A DNA stretch of 64,000 nt from an uncultured Thiohalobacter sp. (lineage in GTDB: Bacteria; Pseudomonadota; Gammaproteobacteria; DSM-19610), in the NCBI GenBank assembly GCA_964433205.1, contig CAYSRA010000003.1, positions 670 to 64,669 on the forward strand. Direction: 5' to 3'. Positions 62,491 to 64,000 of this stretch are shown piece after piece; within the stretch, counting starts at the first letter, position 1, and each line of letters opens with the position of its first letter. A program made the translations under genes and the position numbers. The notes beneath the pieces are model-generated. The model did not search any database, was not told the DNA's origin, and saw nothing but the letters and a program-made list of their open reading frames with translations.

Positions 62491-63154
62491 TGTTTCCCTG
62501 TTGTCCGCCTTTCTGGTCGGGTTGCTTGGCGGCGTACACTGCGTGGGTATGTGCGGTGGTATCGTGACGGCGCTGACGCTGGGTCTGCCATCCGGCGACC
62601 GCGCGGCGCGCTGGCGCTATCAGTTGTCCTACAACCTGGGGCGGATACTCAGTTACAGTGTTGCCGGCGCTCTGTTCGGGGGCATCGGGTGGCTGGCGTC
62701 ACACTGGAGCGGCATTCATCAGATCCAGCTTGGGCTGCAATTGCTGGCCGCATTGTTCATGGTTGCCCTGGGCATGTACCTTGGTGGCTGGTGGAACGGG
62801 TTGACGCGCATCGAACGACTGGGTGGTGTTGTCTGGAACCGGCTTGAACCGCTGGGGCGGCGTTTCCTGCCGGTGCGAACCAGTGGGCAGGCACTGGCGC
62901 TCGGTGCCGTGTGGGGCTGGCTGCCCTGCGGCCTGGTCTACAGTGTGCTGGTGTGGGCGATATCGGCAGGCAGCCCGGGTCGGGGTGCCGCATTGCTGTT
63001 GAGTTTCGGGCTTGGCACCCTGCCCAACCTGCTGCTGATGGGGGCTGCCGCTGACCGGCTGGCCGCGCGGGTACGCGACGTGCGCACCCGCCGGCTGGCA
63101 GGGCTACTGGTTGCCGGTTTCGGTCTGTACAGCCTGTACCGGCTTATTCCGTAA
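62480..63154 (+). CDS. TauE/SafE-DsbD-like membrane protein with HCVGMCGG motif
   Basis: LLGGVHCVGMCGGI and WLPCGLVYS motifs. 224 aa, six TMs. GTG start overlaps the ampG end by 11 nt. Confidence 0.7.
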   Translation: MLTDVSLLSAFLVGLLGGVHCVGMCGGIVTALTLGLPSGDRAARWRYQLSYNLGRILSYSVAGALFGGIGWLASHWSGIHQIQLGLQLLAALFMVALGMYLGGWWNGLTRIERLGGVVWNRLEPLGRRFLPVRTSGQALALGAVWGWLPCGLVYSVLVWAISAGSPGRGAALLLSFGLGTLPNLLLMGAAADRLAARVRDVRTRRLAGLLVAGFGLYSLYRLIP

Positions 63155-63590
63155 AGAACTGGTGACTGAATTTCACTTCGTGTGCTTCCAGCTTGCCCTC
63201 CGGCTTGACGTGAATCGTAAAGCGCAGGGTCTCCTCGTGTGAAATCGGAAAATCACCAATGTAGTAGATAGCGTTCCCTTCATGTACCTCGCGCAGGTTG
63301 ATTTTGCGCTTCTGGCCAGTCAGGTTGATCGCGACGGCACTGACCTCTGCCTTGACCGGTTTGCCGGTCGTTCCCATGATCTTGCGCAGCACCGCGATAT
63401 TGAGCATGCCGCGATTCTTGCTGCGTTTGAGGCCGTATTCGCGTGTTACCGAGGGGGGCAGGTAATTGGTGTTCAGGGCATTGAAGTGGACGACATAGTC
63501 ACCAAAGTCCTGGGAGTTTTCCGCGCTTGCTACGCCAGACAGGGTGAGCAGTACGCCAAGCAGGAAGGGAAACAAGCTTTTCTTGAACAT
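63144..63590 (-). CDS. DUF4426-like periplasmic protein
   Basis: Signal peptide MFKKSLFPFLLGVLLTLSGVASA, then DFGDYVVHFNALNTNYLPP. The track ORF is extended upstream to 63875. Confidence 0.7.
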   Translation of the reverse strand: MFKKSLFPFLLGVLLTLSGVASAENSQDFGDYVVHFNALNTNYLPPSVTREYGLKRSKNRGMLNIAVLRKIMGTTGKPVKAEVSAVAINLTGQKRKINLREVHEGNAIYYIGDFPISHEETLRFTIHVKPEGKLEAHEVKFSHQFFTE

Positions 63591-63708
63591 CCGGATTCTC
63601 CTTCTGTTTTCTGGTTTGTTCAATGACACTATAGACCAAACCGGACAGTCAGGGTTTCCGGAATTGTTGTGCAGCGCGCGGTGCGGGTGGGCCAGCCGGT
63701 AGCGCCGC

Positions 63709-64000
63709 TCAGACGATAGCCTCCTGGGGGGGCTGTGCGTCCGTGACCGGCGGCAGGGAAGGGTTGGTGCCGGCCGCGTGAATGGTGTGACGGATTTGTT
63801 GCAGGGCGTCGAGCTGGCGCTTGGTTTCGCGCAGGGTGGCGTCCAGCTCCTTGATGCGGGCATCCAGGGTATCACGCGACTCGCTGATGCGGCGCAGTGT
63901 CTCCAGCCGCTTTTCCATGGTCGCCTTGTGTTCCTTGATCTGCCTGACCAGCGGGTTCATGACTTCCTTGAGCCAGGCATTGGCATCCTGGTTGGCCTTG
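63709..64000 (-). CDS. Coiled-coil protein, probably 5'-truncated by the window edge
   Basis: The frame stays open upstream of Met 63960 to position 64000 (KANQDANAWLKEV-MNPLVRQIKEH...). Heptad-like RLETLRRISESRDTLDARIKELDATLRETKRQLDALQQI. Confidence 0.5.
   Translation of the reverse strand, partial: KANQDANAWLKEVMNPLVRQIKEHKATMEKRLETLRRISESRDTLDARIKELDATLRETKRQLDALQQIRHTIHAAGTNPSLPPVTDAQPPQEAIV

Overview
GC-rich chromosomal segment with gammaproteobacterial, Pseudomonas-like local synteny: ftsYEX-rpoH, M16 pair-rsmD-coaD-fdx, rpmBG-radC-coaBC-dut-algC-argB, pyrE next to an exoIII-family gene. I call about 68 CDS and found no rRNA, tRNA, CRISPR array, IS element or prophage. Main blocks: (i) 1-6628, an uncharacterised cluster of four exported proteins (beta-propeller lipoprotein; DUF1588-like CxxCH protein; di-CxxCH LamG lipoprotein; Tat-exported DUF1501-like protein), my best candidate for an undescribed system; (ii) comF and a bio operon (membrane gene-bioBFHCD) behind a BirA-type operator; (iii) a ~16 kb respiratory supercluster with the aa3 oxidase genes and assembly factors directly followed by ccoNOQP-ccoGHIS; (iv) rpoH, a pseudo-REC/REC/GGDEF gene and ftsXEY; (v) housekeeping genes plus an ABC-2/GldG/DUF4340 operon; (vi) a globin-coupled diguanylate cyclase co-transcribed with an orphan HyuA-type protein, convergent with an EAL-HDOD gene; (vii) an algC with a roughly 400-aa membrane N-terminal extension; (viii) a 519-bp intergenic region filled with nested inverted repeats. 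Several long ORFs in the track are antisense shadows of real genes, as expected in GC-rich DNA. All functional calls rest on motif and family recognition by eye; no searches were run.
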